DNA of 64,000 nt from Candidatus Thorarchaeota archaeon (GTDB taxonomy: Archaea; Asgardarchaeota; Thorarchaeia; Thorarchaeales; Thorarchaeaceae). The notes beneath the pieces are model-generated. The model was not told the DNA's origin and did not search any database. It saw nothing but the letters and a program-made list of their open reading frames with translations. The translations under genes were made by a program, and so were the position numbers. Location of the stretch: the NCBI GenBank assembly GCA_963726195.1, contig CAVSBO010000005.1, positions 168,646-232,645 of the forward strand, written 5' to 3'. Position 1 is the stretch's first letter. Each line of letters opens with the position of its first letter. Of this stretch, positions 42,423 through 52,661 are shown piece by piece.

Positions 42423-43022
42423 TCAGTGTTTCACGGCTTCGAACCCGGCGTCGAACGCGGTCAGGTTGGCTTCCTTAGGCGTCATGAGCTTGCCCACGGA
42501 CTCCCTGATTTGAGCATCTTTGATTGGCAGCTTCTCGACTGCAGCTCCTGCACCCAGCACGAAGGAGTTCAGGGCGCGTGAACCGCTTGATTCCTGAAAA
42601 GCCCTCGACAACTCAACAGGATGAATTGCGGAACATATGGAGGATAGAGCTTCGATAATGTCATCTACGGACGGATACTTGCTCTGACCCGATAGAGACT
42701 GCAAGGTCTGTACGGGACTGAGACTCACAATAATAGCTGTGGTTCTTCCAGCGTATGATACCGCAGCTCGCAGAGATTCCATGGGTTCGAGCCCTAGTAT
42801 TAAGTCTGCCATGCCTGCCGGTATCAGGGGTCCGACATCATCAGTTGCTATTCGAACGTGAGTGAAGACCGTGCCGCCCCTACGAGATGCGCCAAAGGTT
42901 TCTCCTATGACCGGCCTGTACCCTGCTGAGAATGCAGCGTCTGCTAGTACTCGGCCGGAGAGAAGGTTACCCTGTCCCCCTACTCCAGCTATGATCACAT
43001 TACAGGGTCTTTGCAGATTCAT
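42423..43022 (-). CDS. iorB: Indolepyruvate:ferredoxin oxidoreductase beta subunit
   Basis: AGVGGQG, GETFGASRRGGTVFTHVR, LEPMESLR. Confidence 0.9.
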   Translation of the reverse strand: MNLQRPCNVIIAGVGGQGNLLSGRVLADAAFSAGYRPVIGETFGASRRGGTVFTHVRIATDDVGPLIPAGMADLILGLEPMESLRAAVSYAGRTTAIIVSLSPVQTLQSLSGQSKYPSVDDIIEALSSICSAIHPVELSRAFQESSGSRALNSFVLGAGAAVEKLPIKDAQIRESVGKLMTPKEANLTAFDAGFEAVKH

Positions 43023-44897
43023 TCACCCCCGGATATGGCACCATGAGGACAGACGTCGATGCAGGCACCGCAGCGCACACACAGCTCATCAGAGATAATG
43101 GGTAGACCCCGTTCGAGATCCCAGCCGATTGCAGGGCAGCCGTACTGCGAGGCGCAGATTTTGCAGCTCTCACCATGACATAGTTGGTCGTTGATTACAA
43201 CAGGCCCCTCGCTTTTCTTGGTCGCACCGTGACGCTCCTCCTCGAGCCTGCAAACGCTGTTCAGGATGAGGACATTAAGTCCGCGTTTCTCTACAGTTGA
43301 CCCGATGAGATTCATCACAGACTCGATATCTATGGCGTCACCTGTCGCCATGAAGTCGGGCTCGACTGCCTCGACCAGCTTGGCGATACTGACCCTTCGG
43401 TGGCCCTTCTCCTGCAACGCTGATCCCGGATGTGTCTGAAAACCGGTCATTGCAGTGGTTCCGTTGTCGAGTACTAGGAATGTGATGTCAGCATTCTTGT
43501 GCCTAGCGTTGACGAGAGCGGGCATACAAGCGTGAAAGAAAGTAGAGTCTCCAGCAACAGCGACAACTCGCGAGTCAAAGCCGAAACGACCCAGTTGTCC
43601 CAGCCCGCACGCTGTTCCGATACCTGAGCCCATAGCCTGCATCGTCTGCATTGCCTCATCGTAGAACACGCCCATCGAATAGCAGCCTATGTCTCCAGCC
43701 ACCACAAGCCGGTCGCCGAGTCTTTTCCTTATTTTGCGGAGTACCCAGTATACGTTCCTGTGTGTACATCCTGCGCAGAACGTAAGAGGTCGAGGGATGA
43801 GCAACCTTCTCTGCCTTCTCGATTGCACTTAGTTCTGGCCGATGGCCTTTGCTGCTTCTTACCAGTCGCGTGTCCTTGAGCGCATGAAGGACGGTGTCAA
43901 CGTTCATCTCGCCCCAACTTGGAATGGCGCCTGTCCGCTTGCCTAGGAACTGTGGGAGTGTCCCTCGTGCGAGGCTAGTAGCCAGTGCACGCGTTTCGTC
44001 TTCGATGAATGGGTCGGTCTCCTCAACAAATAGGACCTTCTTGGCTTTGAAGAGGGCCTTAGTAACCATGTGCATTGGGAGGGGATTAGTAGTAGTCAGT
44101 CCTAGGAATCCTATGTCAGAGGCTTCAGCAAGAGCAAGTGCTTCCTTAGCATAAAGACCGCAGATTCCTGAAGCGATCACGAGACCCTCCATATTCTTTG
44201 GTAGACTGTGCACATTCAGAGGCGATTTCTCAAACTCCGCCGCGATGAATGTGAGCTTGTCGAGAAGTTCTTTGTGCTTTACGGATGGTTGGGGCACGTT
44301 GTAGAGACCTTTTGGCAGAGGCCTCACAACGACTGGCGGTCGTTGAGATATGTCTCCAATCGTTACCACTCCTCGAGAGTGGCTTAGGCGTGTCGTGCTT
44401 CTAACAAGAACGGGTATCTCGTACTTCCTAGAGATATCGAGAGCGCTAAGCATGACGTCCCTTGCCTGCTGACAGCTACTTGGTTCCAGCATCGGGAGCA
44501 TTGCGGCCTTGGAGTAGAACCTTGAATCCTGTTCATTGCTCGAACTGTGCCCTTGGGGGTCATCACAGACAACAATGACTAAACCACCTTTTCCCGTGCC
44601 CGACAGGTTTACATTCAGCAGAAAGTCAGCCGCCACATTCAGGCCCAGCGACTTCATGGGGCAGATTGCCGGCACCCCTGCCCAGCTTGCCCCGGCCGCC
44701 GCCTCGAGAGCAACCTTCTCATTGGCGCTCCACTCCACATAGAGGTTCAGCTTCTCGGCGCTGTCCATTATGCTCTCGGTTATCTCCGTAGAAGGAGTCC
44801 CCGGATAGGAAGCGCAGAAAGTTACTCCTGCCTCCATAGCCCCTCGAGCCATGGCCTCATTGCCGCTCATGACGATGGAAGAACCGGAATTCGCCAT
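43019..44897 (-). CDS. iorA: Indolepyruvate:ferredoxin oxidoreductase alpha subunit (frameshift near 43805)
   Basis: GNEAMARG, YPGTPSTE, NEKVALE; then FCAGCTHR, GDIGCY, GDSTFFH, DNGTTAMTG and a C-terminal ferredoxin CVRCGACIDVCP. Confidence 0.9.
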
Positions 44898-45018
44898 CTG
44901 CTCAAGCTCTGTCCAGTGAGGTTGAGTACCAAAGAAAACGATTTCGGAATGTCTCGGATTGGCAGACACACGACGGAAACAATGAAAAGCCGAAGTCCGC
45001 GTCCACACTTGAGTCAAG

Positions 45019-46102
45019 ATGACAGAACCGGGCGAGCTCGGGGCCTCGAGGATCAGCTCAGTATTCTCAATTTCCCACGAGAAGGATGTCGATGGTTTGC
45101 TCTCTGCAGTAATCGTCTCGCGATACGCCAATTCCAAGAACCTCAAGTATGGCTTTACTCTCACTGACTACGGTCAGTTCGAGGCAGTGTTCCCGAGAGC
45201 CGCGAGCATGAGGAATAGTCTAATCGTTGTCACTGATCTAGGCCTCGATGACCATTCGATTGACATCGTCACAGCTTCTCTGAGCAAGGCCGTAGCCCAA
45301 GGTTGTCGCGTAGTCTGGCTCGATCATCATGACTGGACAGACAGGGCGGTGAAATCCATTCTAACGCTCGGAGGCGGCCCTCGACTAACAGTTAATCATG
45401 AGTTCTGTGCCTCCGAGATAGCGTTCAAGGTTCTCATGCCTAGAGACGATATGTCGAGAGAACTAGCAAGGATAGCTCATGACACTGACTTCAACATCAG
45501 AGAAATCGAGTCAGCGAATTCGTTGACTGATGCGATGTCTCTCATCAGGTTTGGAGTAGTCGACAAGGGTCAGGATTTCACAGAAGCAATAACCCCGATT
45601 CTGAAGAGCTTGGCTGAAGATGGAATAGCAGGCGTATGGGATGAGAGTGCAAAGAGGTTCCGGGACAATCTGCTAAACCAGCGAGTCGACAGCTGATAGG
45701 AAAGAAAAGATCAAGAAAATGAGGAAAGCGCTTGCTGGACGTTCCGACCTAGAGGTGCGTGGCTGTCTTGTCAGGATTGTCGAGATACCAAACGGTGTGA
45801 CTACCACAGACATGGGCACATGGGCCGCAGACGAGCGAAACCTCAAGGTGGGCGACGAGCAGTTACGGGTCGCCGACATGCTTGTCACGTTAAGCCCAAA
45901 CGGATTACTTGGCTTTAGGCGTGGCCAAGACAGGATTCTGTGCAATGTTGCAGCAAGGTTGTTCAAGGGAGGCGGTCATCCCTATGCGGCCGGAGGTGAA
46001 TACGGTATGTATCACGACTTCCAGGCCGCGTGCGATGACATCTTTACGACGCTTTCGACAACTAAGGACTGGATTTCGGCAGAAGAAAACGGTCTGTCGT
46101 AG
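45019..46102 (+). CDS. DHH/DHHA1 family phosphoesterase (frameshift near 45695)
   Basis: HEKDVDG, TDLG, LDHH, GGGHPYAAG. Confidence 0.88.
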
Positions 46103-47083
46103 GGACTTGCCTATCTAGTCCTGCGCTTTCCGTCATCCCAGTTTCTCCAGTGCAGTCACGAGCAGTCTGTCCTGCGTCAATTGATTCATTGTACAATCGG
46201 TCGAAGGTCTGAATGGCATTGTCAACGAGTACCGGATACTCGTCTCTGTTGAACATTACGACCGTATCGGGCCTATATGCGTGCGTGAGTATCATCATCA
46301 TTTTGTCGTTGTTCAGCGCAAGCAATCTATATGTCTGTATGTCAAAAGGATACAATTTGAACATGACATGCTTGCCCTTCACGGCTTCTAGCATCATATC
46401 CTGATGGCCGAACATGTTTTCAGACATGGGTGACATGTCGGACGCCATCGCAGAAGGTATGAGAAGTACGCGCATGTCAACGCCCTTCAATATGACAGAA
46501 ACGAGTTTCCAGGTCGATTAGGCTCATCTTTTCGTTGACTCCGACGAGATTGTCAAGTCGCTGTGTTAGTCTCAACGTGTCCCCGGCCGATGACTTCTCC
46601 AAGAATTCCCTTCTAATGAGTTGGCGAACGTTGTCAACTCCTCTTACAACGCTCGTTGTGCGTTGCTTCTCCCCCGCCAGTTGCGATTTCATATACATAG
46701 GCCGACATGGCTTGGGCACTGGTATCTTCAAGCACCCGTATCGCCTCTGTAAACACGCGAACGTCCTCTTGAAGAGCTGCGACGCGACTCCTGCAAGCAC
46801 GCCCGAGACCGGCCAGAATCGTCATGCGCGTGGCGGAGTACGCACTCGGTCTCCGCAACTTGTCAACGGCTATGAAACCCTCTTCTTCTAGTTCGTCAAG
46901 ACATCTGTAAACCCATGCTCTTTTCGGCCTGAATCCTTTGGGTTCTCTGATTTCCCGACATATCTTGTCGAACGTAGGGCGCTCCGAACCCAGTCCTATT
47001 CTCAAGACACTCTGAAGAACGCGCATCTTCGTGGCACTCATGCGAACGCCGATTGATTCCAGAGTATCCAGTGTTTCCTTCAT
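46062..47083 (-). CDS. TrmB-like regulator, copy 4 (wHTH, coiled coil, PLD-like effector domain; frameshifted)
   Basis: RAWVYRCLDELEEEGFI; GDTLRL; YPVLVDNAIQTFDRLY, spread over three ORF pieces. Confidence 0.6.
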
Positions 47084-48060
47084 TTTCGAGCACGCTCCGA
47101 AGGCAGTGGAAGCAGACTCTCGGCTTTGTCGAATTCCGCGTCGAAGCTCGCTATGGCATCATCCACTAGTGGCTCATTGACAGACCTTGGAATGTAGATG
47201 GCCTCCGGAGGCTCCTCGGAGACTATGAGCATAATGCCTTCATTGTTTCTTGCTGCAAATTGGTAAGTCGAGTCCTTTGTCCTACGAATCCTGACTGAGA
47301 TATCCCGTTTCTCCTGAAGAAGCGACTTGTAGGTATTGGTCAGCAGTCGAACGGTCGAGCCATTTTCTACCCACTGTTCACTAAGTAGCACCTTGGTCTT
47401 GGCGCCTCGCTTGATGACTTCGGCCAAGGCATCTATTCGCGTTCGTGTAACGCTCGGGGTTAAGCGCGACCATCCCATTGAAACTCTGAGAGTATCTCCC
47501 TCACACACAGCGGAATAGACTTCGCTGGTAGTGAGTTCCTGCATCTGATCGTATCCATCGGCGAAACTGGTCGAGGCACTGGACGGAACTCCGGTCACCG
47601 TCTCGATGGTGTCTGTTGTAAGTCGGGTAAGATTCAGGCCAGTCAATCTTACAATCTCTGAGTTAAGTTCAGAACGTTTCTGTTCAAGTCCCCTGAGGGC
47701 TTCGCTTTGTGCGTCGCCAAATGCAGCTTGCAGCGTTTCTGGAGTCGCAGTATAGTAAAACGGGTGCGAAGTCCTGTCACATTGGATGTAACCATCGGTT
47801 TCCAGAGACGATCAGACAACGATAGACTTCAGGTCGACGGATGCCTTTCCTGCTGCTTTCCGTTCTCAGTTGCTCATAGATGTCGGCGAAGTTGATGGGT
47901 ATCCCTTGGTTGTGGTGTTTCTGGAGAGCGATTCGGAGAACAGAAAATCGCTGTTCGTTTTGGCTGAAACCGATTAATCCGAGAGCCTTTGTCAACTGCC
48001 GGTCTTCGGTTTGTCCTTCGTTGTCCTCTCTGGTTGCCGCAGTAGTTCGGCCCGTGGCCT
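47080..48060 (-). CDS. TrmB-like regulator, copy 3 (frameshifted; N-terminus in frame with copy 2 as sequenced)
   Basis: FADIYEQL...RPEVYRCL; GDTLRV; NEPLVDDAIASFDAEF. Confidence 0.55.
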
Positions 48061-48089
48061 CATCCCGCTCTCGTGGTTCAGCAAATGTC

Positions 48090-49056
48090 AAGTCTACTCT
48101 CAATTCACCTTTGACCCCGGGCTTCGCCAAGCTTCTGGCATCTTGCCACAAATCGTCAAAGACCGAAATTGACTGATCAATAATATCGGGGTTGAAATCT
48201 CGCGTAATCCAAGTGACGGTCACTGGATCTTCTGATACGACGAGCGCCATGCATTGGTTCCCATAAGTAACAGCGTGGTATGGGTTCGGTCCGTCGTACG
48301 CCCTAACCTCGATGCCCAGTTCTTGTTCTTCTGTGGATTTCAGACCTCCCGTGCGTTTGCCCTTGTGTCTCAGAGCGGCAGCATTGAATAGGGCTCTTTC
48401 AAGACGGGCCACTATAAGGCAACGCACTTCTGCCCCGTTGTGCGCCGCGCGAGCGATTTCATCAATGACCTCATCCTGTTCATCAAGAAATGGGCTTGAG
48501 GATACTATGGTCACACGAACAAGATCGCCTTTGTGTGCAACGTCCCCCATATTATAGCCGATTGCTCTGGTGATGTCATCGGCACCAGTGATAAGCCTAG
48601 AGCTGAATTCTGTGTCTATGTCCCGTCAGCTCCTCGACGAGGTCCTGTGCAAGAACTCCGCAGTCGATGTTTGAGACAGCCTTCCTCTCGGATTCAACTA
48701 GGCTAATCTCCCGTGTGATTTGGCTGTTTGCCTGTTCTGCAAGTTTCTTCAGGCCGTTTTCCACTGTTAATGCGGTTGTGAAATAGCCCGGTCCTTCGAG
48801 TGCCACCTGCTTTCGCCTCGACTAACCCGGCCTCGACAAGCATCCTGAGAGTCTTCTTCGCTGCAGCCTCCGAGACCCTATCGCTAGGTCCGAATCGGGC
48901 CAGCAATCTCCGGACTTCGGAAGAGTCTAAGGGGGTCTCATAGTCTCTCTTGGTTTTCAGAATAGCGTTCAGCAGTGATATCATCACCGGAGCTTGGACC
49001 GAGTCCAAGCGCAATCCAAGAGATTTCAGAGTGGAGGCTAGCAAGTTCTCTCCCAA
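48090..49056 (-). CDS. TrmB-like regulator, copy 2 (frameshifted)
   Basis: EAAAKKTLRMLVEAGLV; GDLVRV; NPDIIDQSISVFDDLW. Confidence 0.55.
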
Positions 49057-49059
49057 AGA

Positions 49060-50127
49060 TTAGGTTCCTCCACTCGCCACTTTTGTCGCGGCTGCCCTCA
49101 ATGCTGTAAGGAATAGCGAAGGCTCGGTTGTTGGGACACCAAGCTCTGGATGTTTCGGATCCTCAAGGAGAGGTGTTAATCCTCGCCAAGTCTGGTCGAA
49201 TGATGAAATCGCTGTTTCGGTCAGGTCGGGGTTGAAGTTTCTGCTGACCCACATGGCCGCCATTGGATCCGCAGAAACCAGAATCACCATGCTGTCCGTA
49301 TTGAGACTGGAGAAGTTATACGTGGGGACATGCCCTCTGCATATTCTAAGGTCCAGCTTCAGTCCTCTCTGCCGAGCATCATAGGCCCTAAGGAAGAACT
49401 CAGCCAGCGTGGCTTTGGGGAAGCTATCGGCAAGAAAGCCGTCTGCACTTAGAAGATCCGAAGTGATAAGGCCCCGCACATCTGCTCCATTCTCAGCCGC
49501 CCTGAGGACTTGATTGGTCCTCTCGCCAACTACTCCTCTGAACGGCCTGAGCTGCATATGGGCAATTCTCATGACGTCTCCCTGCCCTGCCCTTGAGTAT
49601 ATCTCGGCGTTTGCGAACTCGCGATATGATTCGAGCCCCTTCAGGAGCCTTGACGTTGGCTGCGGGGTTTCACTGGCAGTCTCTCCCATAACAGCCTTAG
49701 CTACGTCACCGAGGTCGATAACTGGTAATCGATTCAACTGCGCTTGAAGTATTCCTGTGCGTTCTTCCAAAACCGAGAGAGTCCGACCCTTCAGCTGCTC
49801 CAATCCCGCGACAATCGTGTTGATATCTGAAACATACTTCCTGCGTGGTTCGCTCTCGTTTTCGATCCTAATCATCTGCATATCTGAAAGCTGATTCAGC
49901 ACCTTGCGGACCCATGCCTTGCTGAGTGACGTGCCAGGCTCAACCCGCATGAGCGAGTCGTGTATATCGGAGACTCCAAGAGATAGTGATGGTGTTGACT
50001 GTATCCTCATCATGGCACGAAGCACACTAAGGGCGCGCGTATCATGACCGAACCCAAGTTGCGTCAATGACCTCTCAAGCTTCTGGTGCGAAGAAAGCGC
50101 CGGAGATTCCTGCATTTTGGATTCCAT
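49060..50127 (-). CDS. TrmB-like regulator, copy 1 (intact)
   Basis: KAWVRKVLNQLSDMQMIRIE wHTH, coiled coil, GDVMRI, GADVRGLI, NPDLTETAISSFDQTW. Confidence 0.65.
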   Translation of the reverse strand: MESKMQESPALSSHQKLERSLTQLGFGHDTRALSVLRAMMRIQSTPSLSLGVSDIHDSLMRVEPGTSLSKAWVRKVLNQLSDMQMIRIENESEPRRKYVSDINTIVAGLEQLKGRTLSVLEERTGILQAQLNRLPVIDLGDVAKAVMGETASETPQPTSRLLKGLESYREFANAEIYSRAGQGDVMRIAHMQLRPFRGVVGERTNQVLRAAENGADVRGLITSDLLSADGFLADSFPKATLAEFFLRAYDARQRGLKLDLRICRGHVPTYNFSSLNTDSMVILVSADPMAAMWVSRNFNPDLTETAISSFDQTWRGLTPLLEDPKHPELGVPTTEPSLFLTALRAAATKVASGGT

Positions 50128-50151
50128 AAAACCGCCGTCTAATAGATTAGA

Positions 50152-50159
50152 TGTTTAAG
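50152..50159 (-). promoter_or_regulatory. Candidate TATA box (CTTAAACA) for the TrmB-like operon
   Basis: Lies 24 nt upstream of the ATG at 50127. Confidence 0.35.
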
Positions 50160-50358
50160 CATGCCTTTGTCAGCTAGTAGCTTTGGTGTTATAGACAAAA
50201 CTCCAACCTTTAAGCAGCATTGTTCTTGTGAAACGTGCGTGGTGAGCAAAGAACAAAGTTGCTTTTGCGACTAGGCCGGTATTGCGCCACCATTGGGTAG
50301 GAGCAGGGGAGACCTGTCCCTCAGTGATCAGCGCCTCTTGTTCGGGCAGACTTTTCAC

Positions 50359-51585
50359 CTAAGGCCCGACTACAGTTATGCTTCTGATGTATCCAACGCC
50401 CAACCGAGCTACGAGGGGAAGGAAATCTGTCAACAGAGACATTGCGGTCGCAGGACTGACATGCCCCTGAATGACATCATTTAGAGTCTCCGCGTTAAGC
50501 TGACCAAGAACCTTCTCAGCAGCGGCTATCGGATCGTTCAACATAGCATACTTCGAGACCCCCCACATAGCTCTGGCCGTTGTCTGTATGCTATGGGCGA
50601 GCTTCGTCTTTCGGTATTCTTTCTCGTATAGTGAAGTGCTGCGCGCAGAAAAGTCGTTTTCATCAACCATGCGCTTCCCGTGACGGGCAACAAGCGAGCC
50701 TGCGTGGAGGCATGTGCTCACGCCGCCGCCCACAATGGACGAGACCTGTCCGGCTGAATTCCCGCAGAGTACCACGCCGGGACCAGTGAACCTTGGAATC
50801 AATCCGGCACATGGTACCACTCCGCCATTGACATTCGCAATTCTAGCGCTGGGCCCCAAGTGTTCTTTCATGTATTTCTGGAGCACATCCTTCATGGGCG
50901 GCAAGGCGTTCCACTTCTCCCTAGAAGATGGCACTCTCCCGATTCCCAAGTTCGTCTCTGTCCTGCTCCTGGGATAGAGCCACAGATAGCCGAGGCCAAC
51001 ATCGCGCCCGACACAATAATGTGCGGTGCCGGGATCGTCTATTTTGCAGTTTTCGACTTTGTACCGATACCCGTACGAAAGCAACCACTTCGGATGAGTG
51101 AATCCGGCGGTCGCAGAGATGCGACTGAAGGACCCATCGGCTCCGACAATGAGGTTTGCCCGGACATCTTGATCTTGGTTGTAGCGCAAACCGACAATCT
51201 GATCGTGGTCCTTGACCACTGAGTCTACTCTTGCTTTGAACTTGAATTGTGCTCCATTTGCCATGGCACGATTAGATAGAAGAAGTTGCACTCTGTCTTC
51301 GTCGAGAAGATATGAGTTGCCGAGAAGAGTGCGGTCAACCGTGATGCGTGCGCCAGTGTCTAGGCTCTCGCCGACAATGGCAGTGAATTTGTTGCTTACG
51401 CATTCAGAATCTGGTTTGATATGCAGCATTCTCAGAGCCTTGTCAGTGACCAGTTCGCCCATCAGCGAATCCGTAACAGATTCGTGTTTCTCAAGCAGCA
51501 CTACTTTCAGACCGTGCTGCGATGCCTGTTCTGCAGTAATCAATCCTGCTGGCCCTGCACCTGCAATCGCAATATCAAAACTCAT
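50359..51585 (-). CDS. Geranylgeranyl reductase family FAD oxidoreductase (DGGGPL reductase-like)
   Basis: GAGPAG, VGADG, GYLWLYP, NLGIG, GQVSSIVGGGV. Confidence 0.88.
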   Translation of the reverse strand: MSFDIAIAGAGPAGLITAEQASQHGLKVVLLEKHESVTDSLMGELVTDKALRMLHIKPDSECVSNKFTAIVGESLDTGARITVDRTLLGNSYLLDEDRVQLLLSNRAMANGAQFKFKARVDSVVKDHDQIVGLRYNQDQDVRANLIVGADGSFSRISATAGFTHPKWLLSYGYRYKVENCKIDDPGTAHYCVGRDVGLGYLWLYPRSRTETNLGIGRVPSSREKWNALPPMKDVLQKYMKEHLGPSARIANVNGGVVPCAGLIPRFTGPGVVLCGNSAGQVSSIVGGGVSTCLHAGSLVARHGKRMVDENDFSARSTSLYEKEYRKTKLAHSIQTTARAMWGVSKYAMLNDPIAAAEKVLGQLNAETLNDVIQGHVSPATAMSLLTDFLPLVARLGVGYIRSITVVGP

Positions 51586-51742
51586 GTTTAGACACCAGAG
51601 ACTCGAAGGGATGCTTCAGGCGACGCGAGTGGCAAGTCTATATGATTTTCTCAGTGACCGATATATGGCGCAAGCCCGTGGATACGTTAAAAGGCGTGTC
51701 TATCGTGGAACGTCCAGAGAGCCAACAAGGGCGCGTTCGTCG

Positions 51743-52627
51743 ATGAAGGCAAAATCGGTTGCATGGTCAATCTACATGGCGCTGTCAGTTCTGATTAGCG
51801 TCACGGTGGCGTCCGTTCCTGCTATTGGCCTCTTTCTATTCTTCTTTCAGAAAACGGAGAGAGTGTTTGCCCTGATTGGTTTTCCTTTCAACCTGTTCAA
51901 GGAATTCGTCCAAGGACTTCTTGGTTCTATTCTACCATCGTTTTTCTTCCAGCATTTCTGGTTCATACTGCTAATAGTCCCGATTGGGCTCTTCTGTTAC
52001 ATCATTTTCCTAGGATTCCTGTTCGTGATGTTTAGGGTGTCACGACGCGGAATTCCCCGATTGAAGGACGGTTATTATCCAATAGAAACTGGGCGATGGC
52101 TTCTGCACGAGTACTATGAGATCTACTACGTGCTAACCCCTTATTTTGCGTGGTTCTTCTCAGTCTTCCTAAACACAAAGCCTCGACACACATGGTTCGG
52201 AGCAAAGATTGGAAAGAACTCAATCGTCGGTAATGGTCTTCTGTTTAACCCTGAGCGAATCATAATCGGTGACAACTGTTGGTTCGGATACAATGCCATT
52301 GTGAGTGGGCATGTCTACGAGGGCAGCAAACTGTACATGAAGACCGTACGAATCGGCAACAATGTGACTGTGGGCGCCAACTCCTGTTTGATGCCTGGCG
52401 TAGATGTAGGAGACAATGTCATCATTGGAGCGAATTCAACGGTTCCCAAAGACAGGGCCATACCTCCAGATTCCGTTTGGGTCAATGGAAAGGTGACTAC
52501 CAGAAAGCCACGGACTGCCGAAGCCAATGAATCAGGCGTACGTGTGGGTCGGCTCAAAGTCCAAAGCGCGGCAGATACAAATCCGCAAGACGACCCGGAT
52601 ACTGAGAGAGCCGATGAAAACAGCTGA
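51743..52627 (+). CDS. Membrane protein with left-handed beta-helix (hexapeptide) acyltransferase domain
   Basis: Hydrophobic N-terminal helices, then GAKIGKNS, IIIGDNCWFG, VRIGNNVTVGANSCLMPGVDVGDNVIIGANS. Confidence 0.8.
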   Translation: MKAKSVAWSIYMALSVLISVTVASVPAIGLFLFFFQKTERVFALIGFPFNLFKEFVQGLLGSILPSFFFQHFWFILLIVPIGLFCYIIFLGFLFVMFRVSRRGIPRLKDGYYPIETGRWLLHEYYEIYYVLTPYFAWFFSVFLNTKPRHTWFGAKIGKNSIVGNGLLFNPERIIIGDNCWFGYNAIVSGHVYEGSKLYMKTVRIGNNVTVGANSCLMPGVDVGDNVIIGANSTVPKDRAIPPDSVWVNGKVTTRKPRTAEANESGVRVGRLKVQSAADTNPQDDPDTERADENS

Positions 52628-52661
52628 GATCCTATTGTCTCCATGCAACCAAGGAATCTAT

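Noticed and set aside
44898-45164. N-terminal extension of the iorA ORF (and similarly of porA and the ABC binding protein)
   Set aside because: These extensions overlap neighbouring genes; downstream starts match the family N-termini.
45690-45700. In-frame TGA in the DHH gene as possible selenocysteine
   Set aside because: The TGA is followed immediately by TAG and the protein continues in another frame. Removing one G restores SYRKEK, so this is an indel, not recoding.
51212-51742. N-terminal 177 aa of the 471-aa ORF 51212-52627
   Set aside because: Most of it is antisense to the geranylgeranyl reductase; the real start is probably 51743.
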